The notes under the pieces are model-generated. The model had not been told where the DNA came from. It did no database searches and saw only the letters and a program-made list of their open reading frames with translations. Below are positions 1 through 12,539 of a stretch of 64,000 bases of DNA, piece after piece. A program made the translations under genes and the position numbers. Source of the DNA: the human T2T-CHM13v2.0 reference genome, Homo sapiens; the NCBI RefSeq assembly GCF_009914755.1, contig NC_060940.1; one strand, 5' to 3'. Position 1 is the first letter of the stretch, and every line of letters starts with the position of its first letter.

Positions 1-705
1 TGGCAGAGAGTTCAAGAAAGCTCACAGCAGTGAACTGTAGCAAATGGAAACCTTGATTTCAATTGCAACACATTCTTGGGATTCATGGAAGGTGAGTTAA
101 ATGGCTATACTCAATTTAATTAACTCACAATCAGTGGCATTTATCTGGCTAACACTTAATAGAATATCTACCAATTTTATCATATCTCTAAAACAATTAT
201 ATACTTTAAAGTGAGCAAGTTCATTTTGATTTTCTTTACCTTAAACTCTGAAATTCAATGTTTTCTTAGATCAATTAGCAAATAGTTATTTAATAAATAT
301 AACTAAATTATGTTCTAACTCTATTAATACAGATTATCCATCATAAACCAAACAATTGCTGAGAACTTATATTTTGCAAACAAATGTGAAAGAAAGAGAT
401 AAAAGTTTGTCAAATGGAACTTCTTTCAAACTCATCACCATGACCATAGGGAGTACAAAATTATAAATAATAATCATACATGTTTATATAGTATTCCAAA
501 CTTTATGAATCATTTAATGTACATTTTATGTGTTCATCCCGGTGACTCATCTCTGAGGGCAATGATGACTTTTCTTTTACAAATGAATAACTTGCAATTC
601 AGAAAAGTTAGCATTGAAGAAATAACAACAGTTCAAACATGAATAAGTGAAATTTTGAGCTTGGGCTTTTCTTTCTAAGTGTTTGTGACTTCATGTGTCT
701 TAAGT

Positions 706-1266
706 TGTAAGAATTAAAGAAAGAGGAAAGAAACATGAAGGGTGGCTCACCAGTCAAGACGGATTTATTTTAGAGAGAACAAACCTGAGAGGAGCTTCTG
801 GCCAAGTTAGGTTAGAGGTACACTCTCTTACAGACTAAGAGTTTTTAAGGATTCAGGGTGGGAGAGTTTATCGGAGGCTTGGCTTGCTTCTGTGCCTCTT
901 TGTTGTGCTTATCTGGGAGGGAGAGTTGTGTGTCTATTGCCATACATCTTTCTGCAACTGCAGGCATACCCCTTGAGTCTGCTTTTAGCTTCCCTATCTC
1001 AGTGCACCTGAAGGGAAAGGAATGTGCTTATTAAGGCCCACTGTTTTACTGGGGCCCATTGTATGAGGGTGAAGTTTGGCTGTTACCCAAGAGACTTTCC
1101 CTCCACCTCCCTCTGTGCCTGAGCTGTCTTATTTGTATTTTACTGTCTGCTCTCTTTGGCTGCTTAAAGTTAAAAGAGAAGTAATTTCCTTATAATATCT
1201 AAGGCTAAAAAGGGAGCTGAAAAAGTGGCGGTGTTTGTCCAAGATGATGGTGCTCCTGCTCTGTCA
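706..1266 (-). mobile_element. Solo LTR, LTR6A/LTR6B-like (ERV1, HERV-S71 family)
   Basis: Minus strand starts TGACAGAGCAGGAGCACCATCATCTTGGACAAACACCGCCAC and ends CTTTAATTCTTACA (TG...CA). AATAAA at rc 764-769. Flanks taagt (701-705) and caagt (1267-1271) form a 5-bp TSD with 1 mismatch. Confidence 0.8.
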
Positions 1267-1429
1267 CAAGTGACACAGCAAAATCTCATACATTTGTACA
1301 TACATTTGTGAAATTTTAACAAATGCCGCTTTAATGTCTCCATATATAGACCTTTTCTAAAACACACGACAGATAACAAAAATTAAAACACTCAAGTTCT
1401 TTCACTTAGAGTGCTATGCTTTACTGGTA

Positions 1430-1530
1430 ATCATTAGAGCAATCCTGTAGCTACTGTTATTATCTGCATTGAACTGATGAAAGGTTAGAGAGGTTAAGTG
1501 ACTTGCCCAAGGTGATTTAGTCTTGGAGCT
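1430..1530 (-). mobile_element. MIR SINE fragment
   Basis: gagaggttaagtgacttgcccaaggt is the reverse complement of the MIR core. Confidence 0.6.
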
Positions 1531-2149
1531 TGTGCACGGTCCTAATCAGTGAGAGTCTTATGCACATACATGTCCTAGTGTTGCTCATGTCCATAAAGCA
1601 CTGGTTTTTATTGCCTCATCTATGCCATCTCAGGGTTCTAAATTTTATCCTAAATCAGGAAGTCATGTACGTTTGCCTCTTGATCTTGCCTGAGAGATTG
1701 CTGTTCTGTCATTCTCTGCACAAAAACATAAAGGCTGTTTGTAGAAACCTCAAGTTCTCAATAAAGTTCTGTTTGTGATTATATCTGAACTATTGGGTTT
1801 GCTAAATAGTTCCTAAGTTGCATATCAGTCTTTGTAAATGACTGCTGGTTGCCTGGATGACAGCAACAGCAATAACACTTTTTCCAATTAGCTCAAGGAT
1901 AAAATGGGTTAATTGGAAAGAATAGGGGGTTCCTTCCCAGCTGGAACTCATAGATGTGAAAAATCAATCATGTTCTCTCTCTCTCCCTAGCCTCTTATAG
2001 TCTCTGATCTGTCCTTTTAGCTTTCAGGGACTCTGGCTTTTTTTCCTGAATGTGAATGACACAGTTGCTCCATTCTGACTTTTCTTTCTCTGGTAACACT
2101 ATCATCTAATTGATTCAGGAGCGTTTTTCTTTTAATTCAAATTATTGAG

Positions 2150-2540
2150 AGAGTGTACATTGACTTCTGGATCTTCTGTTCTACTCCATTGATCTATGTG
2201 GTTATCCCTCTACCAATTCCCCAGTCTTGACTAATGCATGTATATAATAATTTTTAAAACTGAGTAGACTTATTTCCTCTACTGTATTTTTATTTTTCAC
2301 AATTGTTTGATATGTTCTAGATTCTCTGCCTTTCCATATAAATTTTACAATAATCTTGTTCATACCCACAACAAAAGTTGCTAGGATTTTGATATAAATT
2401 TTGTTAAATCTGTATATCAATATTGAAGGAATTGACAGCTTTACTATGTTATTTCTTCCAATTGATGAACATAGCATGTCTCTTTACTTGTTCAGTTCTT
2501 CTTTGATTTCTTCCATCAATATTGTGCAGTTTTAACTAAA
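2150..2540 (-). mobile_element. Old L1 (L1M) ORF2 fragment
   Basis: ORF 2202..2477 (GRNNIVKLSIPSILIYRFNKIYIKI...KFIWK) aligns by eye to L1 ORF2p [25 protein letters not shown]...KFIWN. Confidence 0.85.
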
Positions 2541-5500
2541 AATAGTGAAATATTAAATATATTGACATGTTTCCCAAGGACCATCTTTCTATTCCTGGAA
2601 TAACTCTCACTTTGTCAGAAAAAATCTTATTAAGTGAATACATGTTTTTTCCTAGCCTTGTCTATGCGTTAGTCTTCTTGGTCCCATGAGCTATGACTAA
2701 TGCTCATAGAGGTAGTGTGAAGAGTATTAGGTGGTCAATAGGGCATCTTAGGACCACCCCTATAGTAGATGATGTATTTTGCTGACCATTTCAAAGCAGA
2801 ATGAGTGAGACCAGTGTCCCTCCAAAAAAACTGTTTACAAGCTGTCTCAGTTTATGAGGTATAGATTATATGAAAAGAAGTAGCTAGAGTCTCATACATG
2901 TGTTAATTTTCAGAATAGCAAACGAGATCATTGTTTCTTATGATACTTCATATGTTTTAGAAACCTTGGCCTTCACTTCCAAAGTTTACAGCCTATTACA
3001 ATATTTTAGGGAGCTATAGAGTTGTATCAGTTTTCTGGGAACTGATGTTCATTGAGTCGATCTTGACATTTCAAAATATTCTACAAAAGTTTCTTTAGTA
3101 ATCATTCCAAATGGGAAAGATTGAGCTATTCGGATCAAATATTAGTCAGCTTATTAGTGAAAGCAAGTTCTTAGCAAGGCATGAACAATGGATGATGTCA
3201 TTGCTGCCACACTATTTCAGATCTTAAGTAGCTAGATAATTTGCTTGTGTGCTTACTACTCAGCAATTCTTAGTTAAACAGACAAAATAACTTCTAAAGT
3301 CTCTGGACTTCTGGGGATGGTCATATGCCTTCCACTCTCCAGTCTCCTCACTTGCTAATAACTATTCTTAATAAATGCCTATTTCCCTCCACCAAGTGTT
3401 TACCTGATAAAGTTTGATTCAATTTTGTATATTCACCTTTTTCAAACTATAAGAGGGCTTACTGAAGAGGCCCTTTCCTGGGAGAAGGGAGGGTAGCTGC
3501 TCATGAATTAAAAGGAATCAAAGAGAAACAGTGCAGATGGAAATGAGTTCAGTTAATGGATGCACATAAGCAATGTTGACTCAAGATGATTGGACAGAGG
3601 CCCTAAGCTTTTGGGTTGAGGTAGGAAAAACAGAAGAGAGCACCATTATGTCTAAGATTTTTGTCTTGAGGAGACTGAAATTCCACAGTTCATTGGGTAG
3701 CTCTATCTGTGAGAATTTCATGACATGTGGATATAACTAGTAGAGGAACAAATACATTTTTATTTCAATATTTAACTAAATAAATGCAGATAAGGTTACA
3801 TCCTACCCTAAAATTACAACTATTGTGTTCCAGTTTTTGTTGCTGTTGTTGTTGTTGTTACAGATTAGGAAACTGATGCCCAAAGAGATTGAATGTTTTG
3901 CCTAAAATCCCAGAATTAAATACTTCAAAACTACAACTGAGTTTTATTAATTTTCTTCCCAGTGCTTTTTCTTTCAGGTATACCACTCAAAAATTAAAAA
4001 GAAAATTCAAACAAAGAGAAAACAAACTTCTAATCTGGAAAAAATACAATAAGGAGTTCATAGACAATAATCTAAATGTGGCCAGTTGACAGTCTCTTGA
4101 AAATTTAATCACATAAGACTCAAAACAGTTTATATAATATTTTATTACATTTCCCACTGTGTCAATATGCAGTTGTTTCAAAATTGAGTGTGGAAAGAAG
4201 AATTTTCATTTTTGCACCTCTTTTTTTTTTTTTAAATTCCCTCTGTAACAATAAGACACTGATACTTTCATGATTTTTTTAAAAAACATTGGTTGGAACA
4301 GGCTGTATCACTCATTTTCTTACAGGCAACATGAGACTTGAAATTTCACTATCCCAGCATTACTTCTGGAAAGAGAAAAGTAGTGCTTCTGTGATGGTAA
4401 TTGAACCAATTATCAAAACTTTAGCCAGAATTGATAGGGGTTGGTTGGGGGGAGAGTGAGAGTTTGACATTTGAAGGTGAGAGCCTGTAGGTATTCTGTA
4501 ACTATATGAGTGTACTACCCAAAATCTGCTTGAATAAAGGGTATTTTTTATTGGTTTTACCATAGAATCAACTCATATTGCTTTTTGATTCCGGAGATAC
4601 CAGAGTATTCATGTATTGAAAAGTAATTCCAAGTTTCCATTTATAAGAAACTTATGGATTATAAAGAATTGAATGAAAAAGGAAGCAAGACTGTCCCAAG
4701 GGGCACAGAAATTCTTCTTGTCTGGCCCCAAGCTATCTTTCTGTCTTGATCTTCTATAAGCCACACCTCAATTTCTCCTGTTCCCATATATACCCTTATT
4801 TCTTTCAAATGAAATTTTAGCCAGCTGCATATCAACACTTCTTGAAATGTACATCAAAACCTTTGCAGCATCTCCCTCTGAATAATTTCCCTCACACTGA
4901 AATCACTCCTAACTCTATGCTCCTAAACCCCTGCAATTCTTTGGTGTTGCCTCTTTGTTCTGGAAAATTTGCTTAAGCCGACTTGCCTCTGCTCCTAGTA
5001 AGCTTGCCATGACTAGTTCTCATCTCTTCTGATGCTTTGTTTTCTCTGTGTACACACGTAGAGTCTCATCTTTAATTTTTATCAATTTCACTTTTGAAAC
5101 ATTTGCGTTTTTATGTATTATGTGTTGGCACCCTGAACTCCCCTTCTTATGCCAGACTGTGGCTTTTGCTCATCAGCCGATTAGCTCACATTTCATTTTC
5201 TCACATACTGTCTCTACCTGCTGGCAGTGTCTACAAAAGCATTGCCAATTTGTGCAATGACTTGAATTTTTTATTGCTCTTTCCTGCATGGCTTTATAAA
5301 AACAGTGTACAACAGGGAGAAGTACCTATAACAGTGATAAGGAGATTGTTATAAAAGTGCAATGGCATTAAAAACATGATAGAAATCCTTAAAATGCATA
5401 TCAAAAGCAGCGCATGTTGAGGGTTAGTTGGACACTTGCTGAACCTGTACCAGCCATCAACATGTTTGATTGTGAAGCAAAGGAACAAAATTAAAGGAAT

Positions 5501-6734
5501 GAAAAATTTAAAAGTTAGTATCCTGTTACTGGAAATTGTGTTTAAAATAAAAAGTAAAATCAGCTATAGTATATTATGTTTTAGCTCTCTGGAAATAGAA
5601 TTACCATAATAATTTGTAAGTCTAATATGTACAATTTGCATTTTTGAATTTTGGGTGAATTTTTAGACAAGTATTGTTTACAAAGAGGGCAACTTTCTGC
5701 ATTCCTTTGCTGAATTAATCATCATCATCATGGCTTCTCCTTGCCAGATTTTTTTACGTTGCTAGTCTTTGGGATATAGAAAAAAGATAGTATTCTTCAT
5801 CTTCTACCTTTTCTTTTTTATGTTAAAATTAAGGCCCTGAGGTTCACATATCTTTTCTATCATCACATAAAGAAAACACGGTAGAATTTAAATTAAAATT
5901 CAAGCTTTTGCTTATAGATCTAAGGTGGATTTTTTTTACTTCTTTATTCTATCATGTGAATCTAGTTAATACAATCCACCAACTATGTGGACACCTTTCT
6001 ACAAGGTGCCAATAAAAGAAATATTTGTCTATCATTAAAATGTTTAAAGGAAAATTAAACAATATAGGGTAATCTCTGATTCTAAAACGTTATTCAGATT
6101 TTTCCCCTCTTCCCACAATACTTCCCACACTGAAATGTTTCTTTTTCCTTACTCTAGACATCTAAAATGTTACTAAACCCAACTCACAGAGTTCTTGACT
6201 CTCTTCCTTCCCTGTTTGGCTCAAGACGTTTTATGTGGATTACTTTAGAGGCTATGTTTATTTCAACTTGCCCACGTGTATACATCAATATCTGAATTCT
6301 ATACCATCACAAAATAAAAGGTAGTTAATATATGATGGGAGGATCATTCTTCCTTGACATGGCAAAGGGAGATATTGGAAGCACTTATAAGTCATCTTTA
6401 AATATCATCTGCAAATATTGAGGCTTTCACCAAGGAGCCAGGACAATGGACAATGTGAATACATCCATCATATTTCCCCCACCAAGAGAAAATGATCCCT
6501 TTAGAGTATATTAGTAAAAACAACTTGGAACAACAAATATTTGTCCTAAAGTGACTACTTCATTTTAGCAATTCCTTTTTCTGGTGAGATCTAACACTTC
6601 TCGGAGGTTGTGGAATAACTGAAAGCTGACAGCAAAAACTTTTAGTGATTCTTCAGCATCTTCCCAATGGGAAGCAACTGGATGCAGCGATATTTTTTCT
6701 CCTTGCAAAACTGAATTAAATAGCAGTTAGTTGT

Positions 6735-6885
6735 GGCATGTTGAGCAGATATTTAACCTTCTTATACATGATAACCTGCTTCAAAAACTGTGGATGGTAA
6801 TATCAACCTCATATTGTTAGCTGGAAGAATAATTGATGTCTTGGAAGCACAGTACCTGGCTTAGAATGGATTCTCAATAGCTCAT
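6735..6885 (+). mobile_element. MIR fragment
   Basis: Degenerate MIR 3' half (aacctcatattgttag...gcacagtacctggcttagaatggattctcaata). Confidence 0.5.
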
Positions 6886-7186
6886 ATATTTGATTTTTTC
6901 TTCAATCTCAAATAAAGTCTGTATTTTCTACTTACAATCTTCTCCACGAGGTTTCTCTGGGTAAAGAACAAGTAAAATGTATTTTAAATAGCTAATATGA
7001 CACTCAATAAATATAGTATCTGCCACTATGAAGACTATGCTTAATAAACTCAAAAAGTTGTTGTACAAGATTTTGGTGGCAGGGAGATGACCATCAGGCA
7101 AATTAACACAAATAGAGCCAGGAACAAAACGGCAGTAGCTAACAGGATATCAGGGATGAAAACAGAGATTCCTCAATAAAGCAGGC

Positions 7187-7554
7187 TTATATGGTTTGTC
7201 TCTTGCGTCCTCACCCAAATCTCATCTTGAATTGTAATCCCCACGTGTCAAGGGAGGGACCTGGTGGGAGATGACCAGATCACGGGGGCAGTTTCCCCCA
7301 TGCTATTCTTGTGATGGCGAGTGAGTTCTCACAAGATTTTATGGTTTAGAAGTGTTTGGCAGTTCACCCTTCACTCTCTTTCTCCTGCCACCTTGCGAAG
7401 AAGGTACTTGCTTCTCTTTTGCCTTAGGCCATAATCGTAAGTTTCCTGAGGCCTTCCCAATCATGTGGAACTGTGAGTCAATTAAACCTCTTTCCAGTGT
7501 AAATTACCCAATCTCAGGCAGTTCTTTATAGGAGTGTGAAAGCGCACTCATACA
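7187..7554 (+). mobile_element. MaLR solo LTR (THE1D/MSTA-like)
   Basis: Starts ttatatggtttg...cacccaaatctcatcttgaattgtaatcccc and ends aattaaacctc...gtgtgaaagcgcactcataca. About 368 bp. Confidence 0.88.
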
Positions 7555-8446
7555 GAAGCCGTGGTGAGGAAGGCAAGTCATTCACCAATAAGGTCAAGGT
7601 GCTAAGAGAAGGAACAATGTGCTCCCGGGATATTTATTGTTTTGGCAATTTTATAGATTTATTTGGGTCCCCTCAAACTACTGAATAGAAGGCAGGATGT
7701 GGATAAACTGTACCTTATGGGTTATAGTTCAAAAATGTGTGGGTTTGCTAAACTATAATGCTTTCAAAAGAACAGTGAGGCATCAACTCACTGTTCATTT
7801 GAAAATAAAATGGATTAAAAGACTTCATTTTTTATTCTAGTGAGATAACTCCATATTTTGATATAACTAAGGGTCAGACATAAGTAAAGTGTACTCATCA
7901 TTCTAATTCCACCCTCCCACTACCTTGCACCAACACTCAAGCCCCTCTCTCACCTAATCACCTAAATTAGAAGTGTAAAGTTTCATCAACCCTTCTCTTT
8001 TTCATTGGCCCACATTTGACCAGTTATTCCTTAATCTTGCCTGATCTTTCCATTCTATTGCCTCTACCTTAGTTCATCATTTTCTCCTGGACATTTTCAA
8101 TTTTCTTTTTGGGAAGATGGTCATTTTCCCTCTGATCCCTCCATCATTCTGAAGATCAATCTTTCTGGATTCCAAATCAGCCATGCAACTCTTTGGCTTG
8201 AATCTCTTCCATGGTACTCCAAGATGATTTATAATCTAAAATCCTTAGCTGTGATGCCTGACTACCTTTCCAGAATCATATAAGGTCATTTGCTCCTTTT
8301 TCAGTCTCTTCCCAGCCATACTGGATTGTATATCTTCTTTCTGCCATGATTTCCCAGGCTTTTCCATCTTTGCATGTGCTTTATCCTCCTCCTGAAATTC
8401 CCCATGTTCATCAGTTGAACTGAAAAACATACAATCATTTTTTAAT

Positions 8447-8759
8447 TTTTATTTTATTTATTTATTTATTTATTTTTGAGATGGAGTCCGCTCTTATTGC
8501 CCAGGCTGGAGTGCCATGGGTGTGATCTTGGCTCACTGCAACCTCCACTTCCTGGGTTCAAGCAATTCTCCTGCCTCAGCCTCCCGAGTAGCTGGGATTA
8601 CAGGCATGCACCACTACGCCTGACTAATTTTCTATTTTTAGCAGAGATGGGATTTCTGCATATTGGTCAGGCTGGTCTTGAACTCCCGACCTCAGGTGAT
8701 CTGCCCACCTCGGTCTCCCAAAGTGCTGGGATTACAGGAGTGAGCCACCATGCCAGGCC
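8447..8759 (-). mobile_element. Alu (AluSp/Sq-like)
   Basis: Full dimer with (TTTA)n tail. Features ggtcaggctggtcttgaactcccgacctcaggtgat and ctcttattgccc. Confidence 0.93.
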
Positions 8760-8760
8760 G

Positions 8761-9107
8761 TATTTTTATTTTATTCTTCAACTTTCATTTTAAGTTCTGG
8801 GGTACATGTGCAGGATGTGCAGTTTTGTTACAAAGGTAAACGTGTGTCATGGTGGTTTGTTGCACAGATCAACACATCACCTATGTATCAAGCCTAACAT
8901 CCATTAGCTACTCTCCCAGATGCTCTCCCTCCCCCTACACTTCCCAACAGGCCCAGTATGTGTTATTCCCCCTGATATGTCCATGTGTTTTCATTGTTCA
9001 GCTCCCACTTATAAGTGAGAACATGCAGTGTTTGCTTTTCTGTTCCTGCATTAGTTTGCTGAGGATAACAACCTCCAGCTCTATCCATATCCCTGCAAAA
9101 GATATGA
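8761..9107 (-). mobile_element. L1PA (about PA8-13) 3' end, 5'-truncated
   Basis: ttaagttctggggtacatgtgcaggatgtgcag...gtgagaacatgcagtgtttg is the reverse complement of the L1PA 3' UTR/ORF2 end. Confidence 0.9.
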
Positions 9108-9233
9108 CAGAGATAGGGTGTCACTATGTCACTATGTTACCCAGGCTTGTCTTGATCTCCTGGCCTCAAGCAATCCTCCTGCCTTGGCCTCTCAAAGCAT
9201 TGGGATTACAGGCATAAGCCACTGTGCCTTGTC
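9108..9233 (-). mobile_element. FLAM_C or AluJ left monomer
   Basis: ctatgttacccaggcttgtcttgatctcctggcctcaagcaatcctcc...gggattacaggcataagccactg. Confidence 0.8.
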
Positions 9234-9329
9234 TCTTTTGTGAATTCTTGAATGTCATCCTCTGACACCACTCCTTCCTTACCCCCTCCCCCAAAAAGAA
9301 AGAAACTCACCCTCTTTTGAGCTACACAG

Positions 9330-9550
9330 CACAGTGACGACACATTCTGACTCCGTAGACAGATAGGCTCAGCTCCTGACTGGGCCACCTTCTATCCACA
9401 TCATGTCAGTCTAACCTTAGTTAGCACTCAGGAAAATGGGATGATCATAGTACATCTACCACATTAAGTTGTTGTGAGCATCAGATGAGATTATGTTTGT
9501 AAATATTAAGTTCAGCATGTGGCACAGATGATGTGCTTAATAGAGATGGC
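9330..9550 (+). mobile_element. MIR
   Basis: aaaatgggatgatcatagtacatctaccacattaagttgttgtgagcatcagatgag matches the MIR core. Confidence 0.65.
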
Positions 9551-9553
9551 TCT

Positions 9554-9856
9554 CTTTTTTTTCGGCTAGAGATGAGGTCTCACCGTGTTGACCAGGCTGG
9601 ACTGAAGCAGCAGGATCATGGCTCACTGCATCTTCAACCTCCTGGGCTCAAGTGATCCTGCCACCTCAGCCCTCAAGTAGCTGGGACTATAGGTGTATAC
9701 CACTATGCTCAGCTAATTTTTATTTATTTATTTATTTTTTTGTAGAGATGGAGTCTTGCTATGTTGCCCAGGCTAGTCAACTCCTGACCTTAAGTGATAC
9801 TACTGCCTTGGTCTCCCAAAGTTTTGGGATTACAGATGCGAGCCGTAGCATCTGGT
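9554..9856 (-). mobile_element. AluJ
   Basis: Diverged dimer with J features (gatcatggctcactgca, ctcctgggctcaagtgatcct). Confidence 0.88.
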
Positions 9857-11139
9857 TGCTGTTTTTAGTAATGATCACTAAACTGGATAGATTACTGGGA
9901 TCGATGTTGGTAAGTAGTATATTGTAACATAATGACTTGTTTACTGCTATTTTTTTCATAAGACTACAAGTTCCTTTAGTGAAGGAACCACATTTTATTT
10001 ATTTCCTCATTTCTGTACCTCTTGTCTCAGCACCTAGGGCACAATGCTTTTCAAATGTCTGAATAAATTTCTTTAGAATAGTTTTCTTTTGCTTATGACA
10101 TTCTCATTTATTGACAACATTAACATCCCTTGTGAAAAGAAATTTTAGAAAGTGGCATTTTAGGGAATAACAACAGTGTTGTACTTCAAAAAGACATTTC
10201 TTGGATGCCCATTTAAGTGGAATTACCTCTAGAAACAGTTTCTACACAGCAGGTTGTTAGATTAAACAGGGGACACCGTTGGTTGGAAGGCCCAGGCCGA
10301 AGATAGTTTATTGCCTGCTAATTCAGGTAAAGTATACTATCCTAACCATTACACACAGGTACCTCCAAGTACAATAAAAGATGTTGTTACCTTGACAACA
10401 TCTCCTAATAAAAGGAGAATGACTAGAGTAACTAACTTTTTTTCTTCAAATCAAATGCTTTGTAAAAGACCTCATGCTATCTAGAAGTAAATCAATATTA
10501 CCTAACAGGGATTTCGCAGGAAATAAAACTTTGAAATGAAGAACACTTGGTAACGTAATTCACATTAGAAGCACTTCTTTGGTGTTTTATATATGGAAGT
10601 TACTAAAAATGTTCATTTTCTTTGATCCAATAAGCTTAGTATGAAAATTATTAATATAACAATATAAATGATTTTATTAATAATTGGTAATTACAATTAT
10701 TGGTATAAATAAGTGGTATTTACAGCAGAGTTTGGGCAGGAATATTAAATGAGGAGACTCATGTAATTTCATCTGAAAGCACCTACTATACTCTGTAGCA
10801 TATATTAGGAACCTATATGTGTTTTCATGTTTTCTTTTGTCTTCTCTCTCCACAGGATGGTTTATTGTCTATCTGAACACAGTTTATTTTGTTGAACATC
10901 TATACATATTAAACATTTATAGATGTTTGATATCATTCGCCTAAAATAAAATAAGAAAAAATATATAGATATACACATAGAGAATTTCCCTATAGTTTCT
11001 TTCCTCAAGGAACTTGCGGTTTTATAAAAGAAATAACTCGTGAACAAGTCATTATCTTATATCAATTACCAATATTTATCATATTGATCTATGATATTTG
11101 ATAATCATAATAAAAATCCTTTATTAGGCATACTCACAT

Positions 11140-11375
11140 ATAATAAATGTTATTTATACCATAACTAATTGTATATATTTTCATATTTTATATATTTCCT
11201 ACATACATACAACTTAGGTTTACTATATCATTTTATATATATAATTACTAATTTAATGCTTTTATGTATATATGGTTCTCTCTATATGGATAACTTATAT
11301 ACCTTTACTAATTTTATATATATATATGTGTGTGTGTGTGAATTACACATAGTTATACACACACACAAACCACAG
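11140..11375. repeat. AT-rich low complexity with (TA)n(TG)n and (CA)n
   Basis: tatatatatatgtgtgtgtgtgtg at about 11316-11340 and acacacacac at about 11356-11367. Confidence 0.7.
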
Positions 11376-11899
11376 ACACTGACACTGATGGTTAGGTTCA
11401 TTGAAGTACCGTAGTCAACATGTCTCCCAAATTGTAAAATATTTCCACAGACCTAACAAGTTTACCAGTTTTTTTTTACTTTCCTTGTGCTAGTTTTAGG
11501 GTTCAGCATTGTAATTATTTCATGAATTACATTTCTAGATGAAAAACTATGCCTGTTTAACAAGCAAATTCTAATACAGTGCACTCATTATCATTGTCAA
11601 ATATCAAATTACATTAAATCTCAGCTAATCTTCCATGACCTTGGCTACCACACTATTAGTGATCATAGAGAACACAGATATAGAATATTCATTTTAAAAT
11701 ATAGACAACACATATTAATAAATAGTAGGGTAAACCACAGCCTTTCAGATGTCACACTGAAATACTTAAGGGTGATCACATTCTCACAAAACCACAGGAG
11801 GTGAATTCCTTGCAGTAATGCCTCAGATATTGGGACTGTATTTAGCTAGCTGCACTTTTTCCAAACATGGTTGTATTTTAATCATTCTTGTTACAGTAA

Positions 11900-12334
<435 letters not shown>

Positions 12335-12539
12335 TCTAATTTACCAATATTCCTTTGAGGTAAGACTAACTATCACCATTTTACAGACTAGGAAAATGAA
12401 GGCCCGTTATAAAAACTGAGCAAAAAGTAACACTTTCTTTGGCTTGATTCCAAAATCTGTGTTTGAAATGAGAAGGAGGCAGAAACCTATATTTACTGGG
12501 CACTTATTATTTAGAAGACATCATAGTACTTTCCTTATC

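Noticed and set aside
8476-8793. Alu-derived ORFs (also 12045, 28672, 44232, 58396, 59561 and others) as genes
   Set aside because: Typical Alu translations ([26 protein letters not shown]). Not evidence of coding.
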